A DNA stretch of 64,000 bases. Source: Eledone cirrhosa (lineage: Eukaryota). This document shows, in pieces, positions 37,834 to 50,407 of this stretch (positions are counted from its first letter, which is position 1; every line of letters begins with the position of its first letter). A program made the translations under genes and the position numbers. The DNA is taken from positions 27,404,001 to 27,468,000 of the forward strand of contig OZ024764.1 of the NCBI GenBank assembly GCA_964016885.1. Reading direction: 5' to 3'. The notes under the pieces were generated by a model. The model worked only from the letters and a program-made list of their open reading frames with translations. It did no database searches and was not told where the DNA came from.

Positions 37834-40188
37834 ATGCAAATAGACTTAGAATGGAAAACATTCAGACAGAGAAGAATGGATAATGAGCGTCATAAGAGAA
37901 ATTGGCCAACAATTAATATTAATGGAAATCTAGAATAATTTCATATTAGTGATATGAATGTTTCGTGTGATCACTGTGAAGCTTTGAAATTTAGAAATGA
38001 AAATTGTAACTGTTGTAATAAAGGAAAGGTTGTGTTGCCTCCATTGCAAATATACCCCGAGAGACTGAGAAATCTCTTTGAAAGAGGCCAGGAAGCAGTT
38101 GATTTCACAGAAACATCTGCAATTAAAACTACATTTATTTCACTTCATTTGGTGTTACCACCCGGCAGAGGCCCGTATAGCTTTCATATTCAGGGTCAAA
38201 CATATTACTACACCCCCACCTCTGTAACCTGCAGAAAATACACCACAATATGGCCAGTTATATATTATTGATGGGAACGAAGGTGTGTAGCACAGATTGG
38301 AAGTACGACCAAATAATTGTTTCTGGCACAAGGCCAGCAATTACTGGTACTTTATTCTATCGACCTCATAAGGATGAAAACAAAGTCAACCTTGGAGGGA
38401 TTTGAACCCAGAACGTAAAGGGCCATAACCCTATGCTGCAAAGCATGGTGTCTGACGCTCTACCGATACTGCCAATCCACCGCCCTAGTACCAACAAATA
38501 ATGACTGCTCACCACAAAAAATGGCTATGATAAGAGAGGTGTTGCATGAATGTTATCCATATGTCGAAGTGTACAATACAATGCATGGCATCAAACAGCA
38601 AAGTGCAAGAAGAGAAAATTGTCGTGTACAGAACTGTGAATTAAGATTTAGAAGAGGATCAGATATGAGCTGCTATAATTTACCAACTAGTAATGATAGC
38701 TGTTGTTTTGTGGGGTTTGAGGGCAGACCACCTGTACAAAGAGATATTATCATCTTTCCTAAAGACCATCCTCCTCAGAAAATATCACATAATTCATGCC
38801 ACTTGGACCTCATGACTGACCCATAATGGTGAATTTTGGTGGCATAGTGCCATGGAGAGGAATGTAGGACCTGTGTTTGCAATAGACTGACAATGCAGGA
38901 GTATTACATATACTGTATAGCATATAGAGGAGGATTTAGTGTGATATATAGGGCAGGTAAATTATTTTAGCAGTATTTAGTGGATGCCTATATGAAAGTA
39001 GAGGGATGCAGGCTTCTATATTTGAGGAACAATCAAGCCCAATTGTGAGTGGATGAGTATAATGGTTTAATGAATTATCTAAACAGATGATAACACTGAG
39101 CCTTAAAAAATGAAGACAAGATAAGAAACAGAGAAGACATTGACAGAATCGTGTCAGCAGAAATACCTGCATTGGAAGATGATCCAGTACTACATGAGCA
39201 GGTTTAAAAGTTTATGATCCACAGGCCATGTGGTTCTGGAAACCCTTTTCCCCCATTTATACAAAATGGATTTTTCCAAAAGAACTATCCAAAAACCTAC
39301 AGAAGGGAAACATTATTGAACCTAAATGGATACCCAGAGTACAGGAGGTGCAAGACAGGAACTGCAGTGTAAATTGGATGACATTCAGTAGATAACAGGA
39401 ATGTTGTGCCATTTAATGCCTTTTTGATTAAGAAATATTGTGCACATATTAATGTTGAAGTTTGCGCTTCTGTAAAAAGTGTCAAGTACCTCTTTAAATA
39501 TGTTACATGGGGCATGATTGTACATCTATAGAAGTAACGAATAATGCATTACCTAATGAGGCTCAGAACCAACACAACCATGATGAAATAAGAACCTATC
39601 TTTGTTGCAGGTATGTGTCTCAGCCAGAAGCAGTGTCGTGTCTCTCGGAATTTAAGCTTCATGGTACATCACATACAGTATACAGCCTAGTCACACACCT
39701 GGAGAACAAACAGAGTTTACTTTCAAAGAGGCAATGCTCAGGTTGTGGTAGAAATGCAGGGACCCTTGCTGCCTGGTTCAAGCTAAATGAACTTGCTTAC
39801 ACCTTCTGGGATGCCGCCTCACAAACTCCAATTATAAGCAGGATCAATAATAATGCTTCTATGGAATATTTCAATCCAGAACAGATTATGTAATGGCACA
39901 AGATTAGAAGTAGTAGAACTGCATAAACATTTTATCAAAGCTTCTCATATCTATGGTCCTTTGATGGGCAGGTGTGTTTTGATCCCAAGACTGAAGTTAT
40001 CCCCCAGTGGTGCCAACATCCCTTTTACTTTGGAAAGACCCCAGTTTCCATTAAGACTGTCATATGCCATGACAATCAACAAGAACCATGGTCAAATACA
40101 TGATAAAGTGGGTCTGTTCCTCCCTGAGCAAGTATTTAACCCTGGACAATTGTATGTTGCTTTTTCAAGAGTTCACAGACAGATGTAA
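37834..40188 (+). pseudogene. Helitron RepHel pseudogene copy C (most complete)
   Basis: Same motifs as copy B plus TLAAWFKLN and RLCNGTRL...IPR helicase motifs. Confidence 0.95.
38318..38486 (-). mobile_element. SINE in Helitron copy C
   Basis: Same insertion and TSD as 6845-7013. Confidence 0.85.
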
Positions 40189-40759
40189 AAATTAATCCTA
40201 GCAAACCCCCACCACTCCTACAACTGTTAGCTGTTAGCCCACCCCAGCACCACCCAACCTCCGTTCTAGTCCCACCGTTAGAACCAATGCTGCTTACCCT
40301 GCCTCTTTTACTAGTTCACTCCGTCGCTCGAATTTCAAAGCTGGCCCTCTACACTTGGTCGTTGCCAGCTCACCACCTGGTTGTGCTCTCTGTGTCCGCA
40401 CTAGCCGGTACCTAAACACAATAAAATGTCACCTGTGCTACCAAAACTACCACAGGAACTCTGTCGGCATCAGCAAGGCTCAAGCCGAAAGGCTTCAATA
40501 CTAGACCTGTAATCAGGGCCACTTTACCTCCGACGACCAGCTTTCTACCGAGTGTGTGTTGATGGAGGGGACATGAGACCAGCAAAGTCCTAGGAGTAGA
40601 GACTAGTAAATAATAAACGGTCCTAGCTATGTTAAGAATATATATAAGAAAAATGTTCTATACATTTAAGAAGACAAGAGAAATAAATATTTACCTCTTT
40701 CATGTAGGTAATATAGCGGTGTTATAAAAGTATAATAACTGATGCAGGTAGTTTGTTTC

Positions 40760-41237
40760 AAACTATAACACATATAACTCTATCAGTGAAGCCCTTTAGT
40801 ATAGGTCAACTAGGAAACTATAACACATATAACCCTATCAGTGAAGTCCTTTAGTATAGGTCAACTGGGAAACGATAACACATATAACCCTATCAGTGAA
40901 GTCCTTTAGTATAGGTCAACTGGGAAACTATAACACATATAACCCTATCAGTGAAGTCCTTTAGTATAGGTCAACTGGGAAACTATAACACATATAACCC
41001 TATCAGTGAAGCCCTCTGGGAAACTATAACACATATAACTCTATCAGTGAAGCCCTTTAGTATAGGTCAACTGGGAAACTATAACACATATAACCCTATC
41101 AGTGAAGTCCTTTAGTATAGGTCAACTGGGAAACTATAACACATATAACCCTATCAGTGAAGTCCTTTAGTATAGGTCAACTGGGAAATTATAACACATA
41201 TAACCCTATCAGTGAAGTCCTTTAGTATAGGTCAACT
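40760..41237. repeat. 55-bp minisatellite, ~9 copies (paralog of 1-397)
   Basis: Same unit, including the shortened GCCCTCTGGG variant. Confidence 0.97.
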
Positions 41238-41328
41238 AACAGAAGTATTAAGGTGGGCTCGATTGTGGCCCGCGGGCCGCCTGTTGCACGCCCCTCCTTT
41301 AGACAGAATATCTATCACAGTTAAGTAA

Positions 41329-41538
41329 TACTGTGATCTGTCGGCCAACTACATTTTCCAGCCTGAGGCGTTTGGGGGAGTCGGGATACTGACTGCGAGA
41401 TTCCTATCTTCACTGGCGGCTAGCCTGACGAAGGTGACTGGTGAAGCTCGTGAGGGCACTTGGTTGTTCCAGCTCCTCAGCCTCGCCATCGCCCGAGGTA
41501 ACGCTGCAGACGTGCTGGCTTGCCTAAAAAATCATTAG
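41329..41538 (+). pseudogene. CRE-like RLE C-terminal fragment, copy 2
   Basis: Paralog of 550-759 (offset 40779). Confidence 0.75.
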
Positions 41539-41621
41539 AGAGGTTTCCCAGTGCTCCTCGCGATACTGTTATCTTTTGCTCTAGTAGCAGCTCGTTTGTC
41601 CACCCCTTTCGCCTGCCTTTG

Positions 41622-41810
41622 GTTGTATGTCGTCCTAGATGTGTGTATTACCTGCTTGTGTGTTGTATGTGGTCCTAGATGTGTGTATTACCTGCTTATG
41701 TGGTCCTAGATGTATGTATTACCTGCTGGTGTGTTGTATGTGGTCCCAGATGTGTGCATTACCTGTTTTTGTGTTGTATGTGGTCCCAAATGTGTGTGCT
41801 ACCCGCTTCT
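41622..41810. repeat. ~40-bp minisatellite, copy 2
   Basis: Paralog of 843-1030. Confidence 0.9.
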
Positions 41811-42719
41811 GTGATTTGTTTTGTTCCTTCTTTCTCTCTTCCGAGAAACAATCCTGTATTTTTTTAATCTATTCCATGCGTTAAGTAATTAGCAGCAACA
41901 ACAAACTGATTTTCAGTTGTAAAAAGAATCTTTAAACCTTCACCATTTACATTAACACATACCATACGTTGTCCCAGCCACAAATAAACAGTAAAAAAAA
42001 CTTACTTTGCGGTTAAATTCTTCACAATTAAAAGAAAAATATTTCTAACACGTTTCTAGACAACACCAAGTTTACACCTTCAATATCCGGTAAAAGTAAA
42101 AACAAATTCTGGAGACATTTAACGAAACGAAACTATGTAAAGAAAAACGAAAATTAAACGAAGACAAGTAGTAAATTTTAATTTTTATTAAATAAAATAC
42201 CAGTAATTCACTGCAGTAGATTTAATCAACTTTACTCTCTCTGCACGAAAGAAGAAAAAAATTCCTGACTTAGTGCTTAATATATAGAGAGGGGGAGAGT
42301 TTGGTGTTACTTCATATAGAGAGGGGTATTGGAAGAGAGTGCCGTGTAGTAGATATAGAGAGGGAGAGAGTGTGTGCTAATTGATATAAAGAGGGGGATT
42401 TGCACCCCCCCCCCGCCGCCTAGAAAAATTCTGAAATGCTTCGACCTCCCTGTACATATATATATATATATAGTATACACACACAGACATATATATGTAT
42501 ATATTATATATATAGTAAATAAATGTGTGTGTGTATCAGTGGTCGCCAAACTTTTCTGTTCCACACCCCTCCTCTAAAATATGTTTATGTTCCCCTTTAA
42601 TATAAAAACAATCCGAGTATTCTGAAAGTATTATTACTGTAATATAAAGTAGAAACCCTTTATTTAAACAAAGCTACGATGCAGCGATGATCAAAACAAA
42701 CTTCTCGTAGGTGCTGCCA

Positions 42720-42815
42720 AGCGGGGAAAAGTGGATGTATAATGATGATGATATATATATATATGCCCCACCCTTGCAAACAGGGAAAAGCAGACGTAAA
42801 ATGAAAATGATGATA
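42720..42815 (+). mobile_element. Orphan double LINE 3' tail without RT body
   Basis: Matches 34957-35048; fused upstream to a hAT-MITE fragment starting CAGTGGTCGCCAAACTTTT at 42537. Confidence 0.75.
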
Positions 42816-43166
42816 TATATATAGATAGATAGATATGTATTTATACTTATACGTCATGGTGGCTACAGGTGCCAAGAGGAAGAAGCCGGTCAAATCCTCT
42901 GATATTTGTTTATCTTCCTTTCCTTTGTATATATATATATAGTATGTGTGTATGAAGATGTATGACCCCCTAGCAAGCCAAACTACAGTTACTCCCCAAC
43001 ATGGAGAGCAAATTAAAACATTACCTGTTAGAGAGGAACGTGAAATGAATTGTTAGTGAACTACCGGTGTAACAGTAATTATGTTACCGGTGTAACTATT
43101 TCTGTTTACCTTATTTTTAAATGACACTCCTATATTAGTTTAGTGACCTTTCAATTCAAATAAATT

Positions 43167-43452
43167 CTTGATGATGATTGAACTCGCATCGGAGTAGCCC
43201 AACGCCTTGGCCTCCGCGTGTGTGAGCCACATAAATGCTCTCAACGACATAGTGAGAAGAAGCCTGGACGCAGCTGAATTTCCATCTCAACTGGAGCCAG
43301 CAGGCCTAGGCTGCGGAGATGGCAAGCACCGCGAGGGAATCACCCTCTTCCCATTCGAAGGAGGTAGATCCACAAACCCCAGCATCGCTGCCCGTCTCGC
43401 AGATGAACATAAAATAAACAAATTCCGGTGTTTGTCCTGGAGCCTCTTCTAA
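43167..43452 (+). pseudogene. CRE-like RLE fragment, copy 2
   Basis: Paralog of 36229-36514. Confidence 0.75.
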
Positions 43453-43708
43453 GCACCAGCCGCCGTCGAGACCCCGGGCCAACTTGGACCCATTACAGCC
43501 GAGCTCCTCCGCAACATCGCAGTGTCTGTGGCCCGTCTGAGGATGGAGTCCCACGAGGTTGGATGCCTGTTGCAGCAGGTGTCACTGTCCTTACATATAT
43601 ATACGTAAATGTTCCCTTGACTGCTATTTCTAGCATATATTAATAGACACTTTAGAAACAGCAGCTAAAAATCAAGAAACAACAGTGTGTGTCTGTATAT
43701 ATATACAC

Positions 43709-43776
<68 letters not shown>

Positions 43777-43861
43777 CAGCCAAAGACACGCACACACGCA
43801 CATACACATACACACAGATGTATGTCTGCGTGTATGTATATATATGTGTGTGTCTTTTCGT

Positions 43862-43899
<38 letters not shown>

Positions 43900-43925
43900 T
43901 ATATCAGTGATCCCCCTCGCAACCT

Positions 43926-44519
43926 TTAATTAAACAAACCTGCGATGAGGCGATGATCAAAATAAACACCAAAGTATAAACAAACAGCCCATAGGTGCTG
44001 CCGGATACACGATAACATGTGTAGACGAAGTAAAACTTTTATTACTGTAATATAAAGTAGAAACCCTATATTTAAACAAAGCTGCGATGCAGCGATGATC
44101 AAAACAAACTTCAAATAACATGTGTATACGAAGTGTATCTGGAAGCTTGGTCGTATTATATGACTTTCAAATTGACCCCTATTATATTCAAATTATCCCC
44201 TGTGGGGCGTGCACCCCACGTTGAGAATCCCTCATAAATAAAAATATGTGAGTGTGTTGCTATGACTGCTATTTCTAGCAGGTTTACTGCAGTCCTGTAG
44301 ACGCACAACAAAAACCGGAAGTGGCAGCCATTAAAAAACTTTGGCTTAAAATCAGCCAAAAGATTTTCAATAATAGTAAAATTTTATTTTTGACAAGGAC
44401 GATAACTTTTGTCTTACTTAATCGCAAAAATCGAGTCAAAAATTTTGCGGGTGTGCAGTTTACACGCTAAAATAAACCTGCTAGAAATAGCAGTTATAGC
44501 AACTCACATATATTTATAT

Positions 44520-44565
<46 letters not shown>

Positions 44566-44916
44566 CCAAACACACACACTAATATATGTACGTGTGTGTG
44601 TGTTGACCGCTATATATATATATAGCAGCCAAACACATACACAGACACACATATATATATATATACATGTGTGTGTGTCCTCCTCTCGTCTATGGCTGTT
44701 ATTTTTACATTGTCCTTTTTGTTATTTTTCTCGGGATTTGCCCGGATTCGAACATGCGACCACCTATTTACAATATAGAATCTTTACAGCTTTACTGACT
44801 TTTAAGTAATCCAAGTTGTAACCCCGGATTTAGTAGTGTTTAATTTATTTTGAAGTATTTTATTATTGGCCTTAGTTAGACGATCGTCCAAGACCATGCT
44901 GGGGCATATATATATA

Positions 44917-44972
<56 letters not shown>

Positions 44973-45660
44973 CTAGGGCATATATATATATGTGTGTGTG
45001 TGTATATATATATATATGTGTGTGTGTCCTTTCTGTTATTCGCTGCTATTTCTAAAGTGTCAATATATATATCATATATATATATATATGATATATAAAT
45101 ATATGTAAGTGAGTTGCTATGACTGCTATTTCTAGCAGGTTTATTTTTAGCGTGTAAACTGCACACCCTCAAAATTTTTGCCTCGATTTTTGCGATTAAG
45201 TAAGACAAAAGTTATCGTCCTTGTCAAAAATAAAATTTTACTATTATTGAAAATCTTTTGGCTGATTTTAAGCCAAAGTTTTTTAATGGCTGCCACTTCC
45301 GGTTTTTGTTGTGCGTCTACAGGACTGCAGTAAACCTGCTAGAAATAGCAGTCATAGCAACACACTCACATATATTTATTTATGAGGGATTCTCAACGTG
45401 GGGTGCACGCCCCACAGCGGATAATTTGAATATAATAGGGGTCAATTTGAAAGTCATATAATACAACCCAACTCCCTGTTACACTTCGTATACACATGTT
45501 ATCGTGTATCTGGCAGCACCTGCGAGAAGTTTGTTTACATTTTGGGGTTTGCTTTGATGATCGCTGCATCGCAGCTTTGTTTAAATAAAGGGTTTCTACT
45601 TTATATTACAGTAATAACACTTTTACAAGACTCGGATTGTTTTTATATTAAAGGGGACAT
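43926..45660. mobile_element. Fold-back composite, copy 2 (arms ~44040-44525 / 45085-45660)
   Basis: Paralog of 2500-4248; opposite-strand ORFs 44156(-) and 45258(+) translate almost identically. Confidence 0.8.
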
Positions 45661-46205
45661 GTTTTTTAAACTCTGAACTCAGCATCTTTCTGTTGTTCTC
45701 CGGGATTCTAGCAAAGTATAAAAATATATATATATATATAGCTGGTAGTCAACCTCAGACTCGAAAAAGCCGCCGCTAATCGTGATCGTTGGGGTTATAA
45801 TTAGACTAAAAGTGCTTCCACTGGGCACCATTAGCTGATTGTGATCATTGGAGAATTCTTTCTGCGCTGAAAGAGCCTAGGACTAAAAGGTATATATATA
45901 GATGTCGAAACGGCAGTAGCACAGCCGTTGGGGTCCTGAATATTTTCACATCTATATATGTGTGTGTATTCTGCGACATTTATAATTACATAAGCAAGCA
46001 TATTTGAATAACAAAATTTGAGGTTTAAATACTTTATTTTTTACCAATAACATAGAGAAAGGCATGAACAACACCACATGTTAATTACTTTAATATTGAA
46101 AGTAGGGTTATAAAGATTAAAAAAGCAGATTTTTTAATCTTTCATGGTGGTCTGGTGGGTGATACCAGAGATGGTGGTAGTCCTGGTTTCGGTTTCAATC
46201 CCGGT

Positions 46206-48069
46206 CATGGGTTACATATAAGGTCTCATTTTTTTTTTTCTTTGTTTCAGTTTTCTTCTTATCTCTAGATATAAATATATATACATAAGGTAATTTGGTA
46301 GAATTGTTAGAACATCAGATAGAATTCTTTGCAGTATTTTTCCAGTTCTTTACTCTGAGTTCAACTTTACCTTTCTTCCATTCGGTGTCGATAAGTCTTG
46401 AATATGTCTAACGTAGCAATAATTGGAGCTACTTAACCAAGTTTTCCCAACCTAGTCGATGTCACCTACTGGTTGGCGATTTAAACTGTTGGCTGGGACA
46501 ATGACCAACTAATCAGTCAGATTCGAACTCACTATGTCTGGCATATATTTTATATTTTATATTTGAATGACGTTCTGTAAGTAACCTGGTGGCTTAGATG
46601 GCAATACTGCTCGAATAGATGGCTTCTATTATGAAGTTATAAGTTCATTCCCTATCCAGGATTGTAGAATTAATTTTATTTAGTTATTATTTAATCAATT
46701 GTTTTAACAAACAAATTATATCTATAAAACGCCAAATATAGTGAGTTCAAATCTGACTGACATGCATGGTATATATTTATGTTTCATTATACAACGACAC
46801 AATACACAGGAACTTATAAAGATATGTATATATTGTCCAGGAGTTTCGAGTTTAGTGGGAATTGGTACAACTCTCAATTGGAGCTAGTTCCTGCAAGATC
46901 AGCATAAATAATGTTATACCTTTTCATGAAATCTTGCACACCCGATGTTTTATACATGATTATTTAAAGGTGAACAAAAACCAAAGAACATTGTGCAGCA
47001 TTTCTCAACCTTTCTACCCATGTCGATCTCTTGAAATAGTTTTTATGTCTCAGGGATGCCCTGCATAAAATATACTTTTTCTATCTCTAGAGCAGTGGTT
47101 CCCAAATCGTGTGCTGCGAGATGAAACAAGATGAGCTGCAAAAGACTAAGATTAAGTTTTAAGATGTGAAAAATATAAAACTGAAATTTCATATAAAAGT
47201 TCAAATATAGCTACAGCCACAAACCTAGGCTCCACACCCCGCAATGCAAAGGATAGTAAGATAGTACCAAGGCCTGACTCACCTCTTCCACTCCATTGAG
47301 ACCTCTGCCATACTTGGTCCCTGTACTGCTGATTTCCTCCATAAAGTCGGGAGGAAAGACGACAGGAGCCTCATGAGGAGGGGCGACTATTGTAGCAGGT
47401 GTCTCTGGCCTTGCTCCGAGGTAACGCTTTTACGTTTCTTCCACAGGTTGCGGCTGAGGGACCACTTAGACTGGGGTGAAGTGTCTGTCCCTCCCCCGAC
47501 TTCTTACTTCTTTTTTTTTCTCATTTTCATTTTCTTTTCTCTTCTTGCTTATCTCTGCTATACCACGGCATCAAAAACATATATGATATGTGTATGTATG
47601 GTATAGGTGTATTTATATTTAGGATAGTTATCAAAGGTAAATAGACTGGTTGAAGCAATAACAGTCTTGTTTATGTATATACACACATATATATATATAT
47701 ATATATATATCTGTTTGTTCTTGTATTTCCATAGAAAAGGTAAAGAAAAGAAGAATGCTCTATGTATTGTACAGAGCTATTTAATTACATAATAAACAAC
47801 AGAATATAATTATTCCATGCAAATAGACTTAGACTGGAAAACATTCAGACAGAGAAGAATGGATAATGAGCGTCGTAAGAGAAATTGGCCAACAATTAAT
47901 ATTAATGGAAATGTAGAAGGATTTCATATTAGTGATATGAATGTTTCGTGTGATCACTGTGGAGCTTTGAAATTTAGAAATGAAAATTGTAACTGTTGTA
48001 ATAAAGGAAAGGTTGTGTTGCCACCATTGCAAATATACCCTGAGAGACTGAGAAATCTCTTTGAAAGAG
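46206..48069 (+). repeat. 1.86-kb tandem duplication, left copy; right copy 48799-50659
   Basis: Both run from CATGGGTTACATATAAGG to TTTGAAAGAG; paired ORFs 46862/49443, 47373/49954, 47817/50408; single-copy at 4791-6614. Confidence 0.93.
47817..48069 (+). pseudogene. Helitron RepHel copy D, short N-terminal fragment ending in a snap-back hairpin
   Basis: Identical to the other copies up to RLRNLFER, then diverges. Confidence 0.9.
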
Positions 48070-48090
48070 ATTTCTCAGTCTCTCAGGGTA

Positions 48091-48801
48091 TATATTCCCG
48101 CCGTTGAAATAAAAATTTTAATAGAAAAACGGCGGGAATATATGTTACAACCCAATCTATATATATTTAGGTTGTAACATATATTCCCGCCGTTGAAATA
48201 AAAATTTTAATAGGAAAACGGCGGGAACATATGTTACAACCCAATCTATATATATTTGGGTTGTAACATATATTCCCGCCGTTGAAATAAAAATTTTAAT
48301 AGAAAAACGGCGGGAATATATGTTACAGCCCAATCTATATATATTTGGGTTTTAACATATATTCCCGCCGTTGAAATAAACATTTTAATAGAAAAACGGC
48401 GAGAATATATGTTACAATCCAATCTACATATATTTGGGTTGTAACATATATTCCCGCCGTTGAAATAAAAATTTTAATAGAAAAACGGCGGGAATATATG
48501 TTACAACCCAATCTACATATATTTGGGTTGTAACATATATTCCCGCCGTTGAAATAAAAATTTTAACATAAAAACGGCGGGAATATATATTACAACCCAA
48601 ACATATATAGGTTGGGTTGTAACATATATTCCCGCCGTTTTTCTATTAAAATTTTTATTTCAACGGCGGGAATATATATTACAACTCAAATATATATAGA
48701 TTGGGTTGTAACATATATTCCCGCCGTTTTTCTATGAAAATTTTTATTTCACCGGCAGGAATATGTTACAACCCAAATATATATATATTGAGTTGTAACA
48801 T
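48091..48801. repeat. 89-bp tandem array of alternately inverted 28-bp arms; ~6 direct plus ~2 inverted units
   Basis: TTCCCGCC at 48095, 48184, 48273, 48362, 48451, 48540; unit = arm(28) + spacer(22) + inverted arm(28) + spacer(11). Confidence 0.95.
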
Positions 48802-50261
48802 GGGTTACATATAAGGTCTCATTTTTTTTCTTTTCTTTCTTTCAGTTTTCTTCTTATCTCTAGATATAAATATATATACATAAGGTAACTTGGTAGAATT
48901 GTTAGAACATCAGATAGAATTCTTTGCAGTATTTTTCCAGTTCTTTACTCTGAGTTCAACTTTACCTTTCTTCCATTCAGTGTCGATAAGTCTTGAATAT
49001 GTCTAACGTAGCAATAACTGGAGCTACTTAACCAAGTTTTCCCAACCTAGTCGATGTCACCTACTGGTTGGCGATTTAAACTGTTGGCTGCGACAATGAC
49101 CAACTAATCAGTCAGATTCGAACTCACTATGTCTGGCATATATTTTATATTTTATATTTGAATGAAGTTCTGTAAGTAACCTGGTGGCTTAGATGGCAAT
49201 ACTGCTCGAATAGATGGCTTCTAGTTCATTCCCTATCCAGGATTGTAGAATTAATTTTATTTAGTTATTATTTAATCAATTGTTTTAACAAACAAATTAT
49301 ATCTATAAAACGCCAAATATAGTGAGTTCAAATCTGACTGACATGCATGGTATATATTTATGTTTCATTATACAGCGACACAATACACAGGAACTTATAA
49401 AGATATGTATATATTGTCCAGGAGTTTCGAGTTTAGTGGGAATTGGTACAACTCTCAATTGGAGCTAGTCCCTGCAAGATCAGCATAAATAATGTTATAC
49501 CTTTTCATGAAATCTTGCACACCCGATATTTTATACATGATTATTTAAAGGTGAACAAAAACCAAAGAACATTGTGCAGCATTTCTCAACCTTTCTACCC
49601 ATGTCGATCTCTTGAAATAGTTTTTATGTCTCAGGGAAGCCCTGCATAAAATATACTTTTTCTATCTCTAGAGCAGTGGTTCCCAAATCGTGTGCTGAGA
49701 GATGAAACAAGATGAGCTGCAAAAGACTAAGATTAAGTTTTATGATGTGAAAAATATAAAACTGAAATTTCATATAAAAGTTCAAATATAGCTACAGCCA
49801 CAAACCTAGGCTCCACACCCCGCAATGCAGAGGATAGTAAGATAGTACCAAGGCCTGACTCACCTCTTCCACTCCATTGAGACCTCTGCCATACTTGGTC
49901 CCTGTACTGCTGATTTCCTCCATAAAGTCGGGAGGAAAGACGACAGGAGCTTCATGAGGAGGGGCGACTATTGTAGCAGGTGTCTCTGGCCTTGCTCTGA
50001 GGTAACGCTTTTACGTTTCTTCCACAGGTTGCGGCTGAGGGACCACTTAGACTGGGGTGAAGTGTCTGTCCCTCCCCCGACTTCTTACTTCTTTTTTTTT
50101 CTCATTTTCATTTTCTTTTCTCTTCTTGCTTATCTCTGCTATACCACGGCATCAAAAACATATATGATATATGTATGTATGGTATAGGTGTATTTATATT
50201 TAGGATAGTTATCAAAGGTAAATAGACTGGTTGGAGCAATAACAGTCTTGTTTATGTATGT

Positions 50262-50306
<45 letters not shown>

Positions 50307-50407
50307 TGTTCTTGTATTTCCATAGAAAAGGTAAAGAAAAGAAGAATGCTCTATGTATTGTACAGAGCTATTTAATTACATAATAAACAACAGAACATAA
50401 TTATTCC

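Larger units (their letters stand above)
29275..39530 (+). repeat. Segmental duplication, paralogous to 53765-64000
   Basis: Identical or near-identical ORF pairs at offsets 24466-24502 (30537/55030, 32816/57309, 36269/60771, 38521/62987). Confidence 0.97.
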
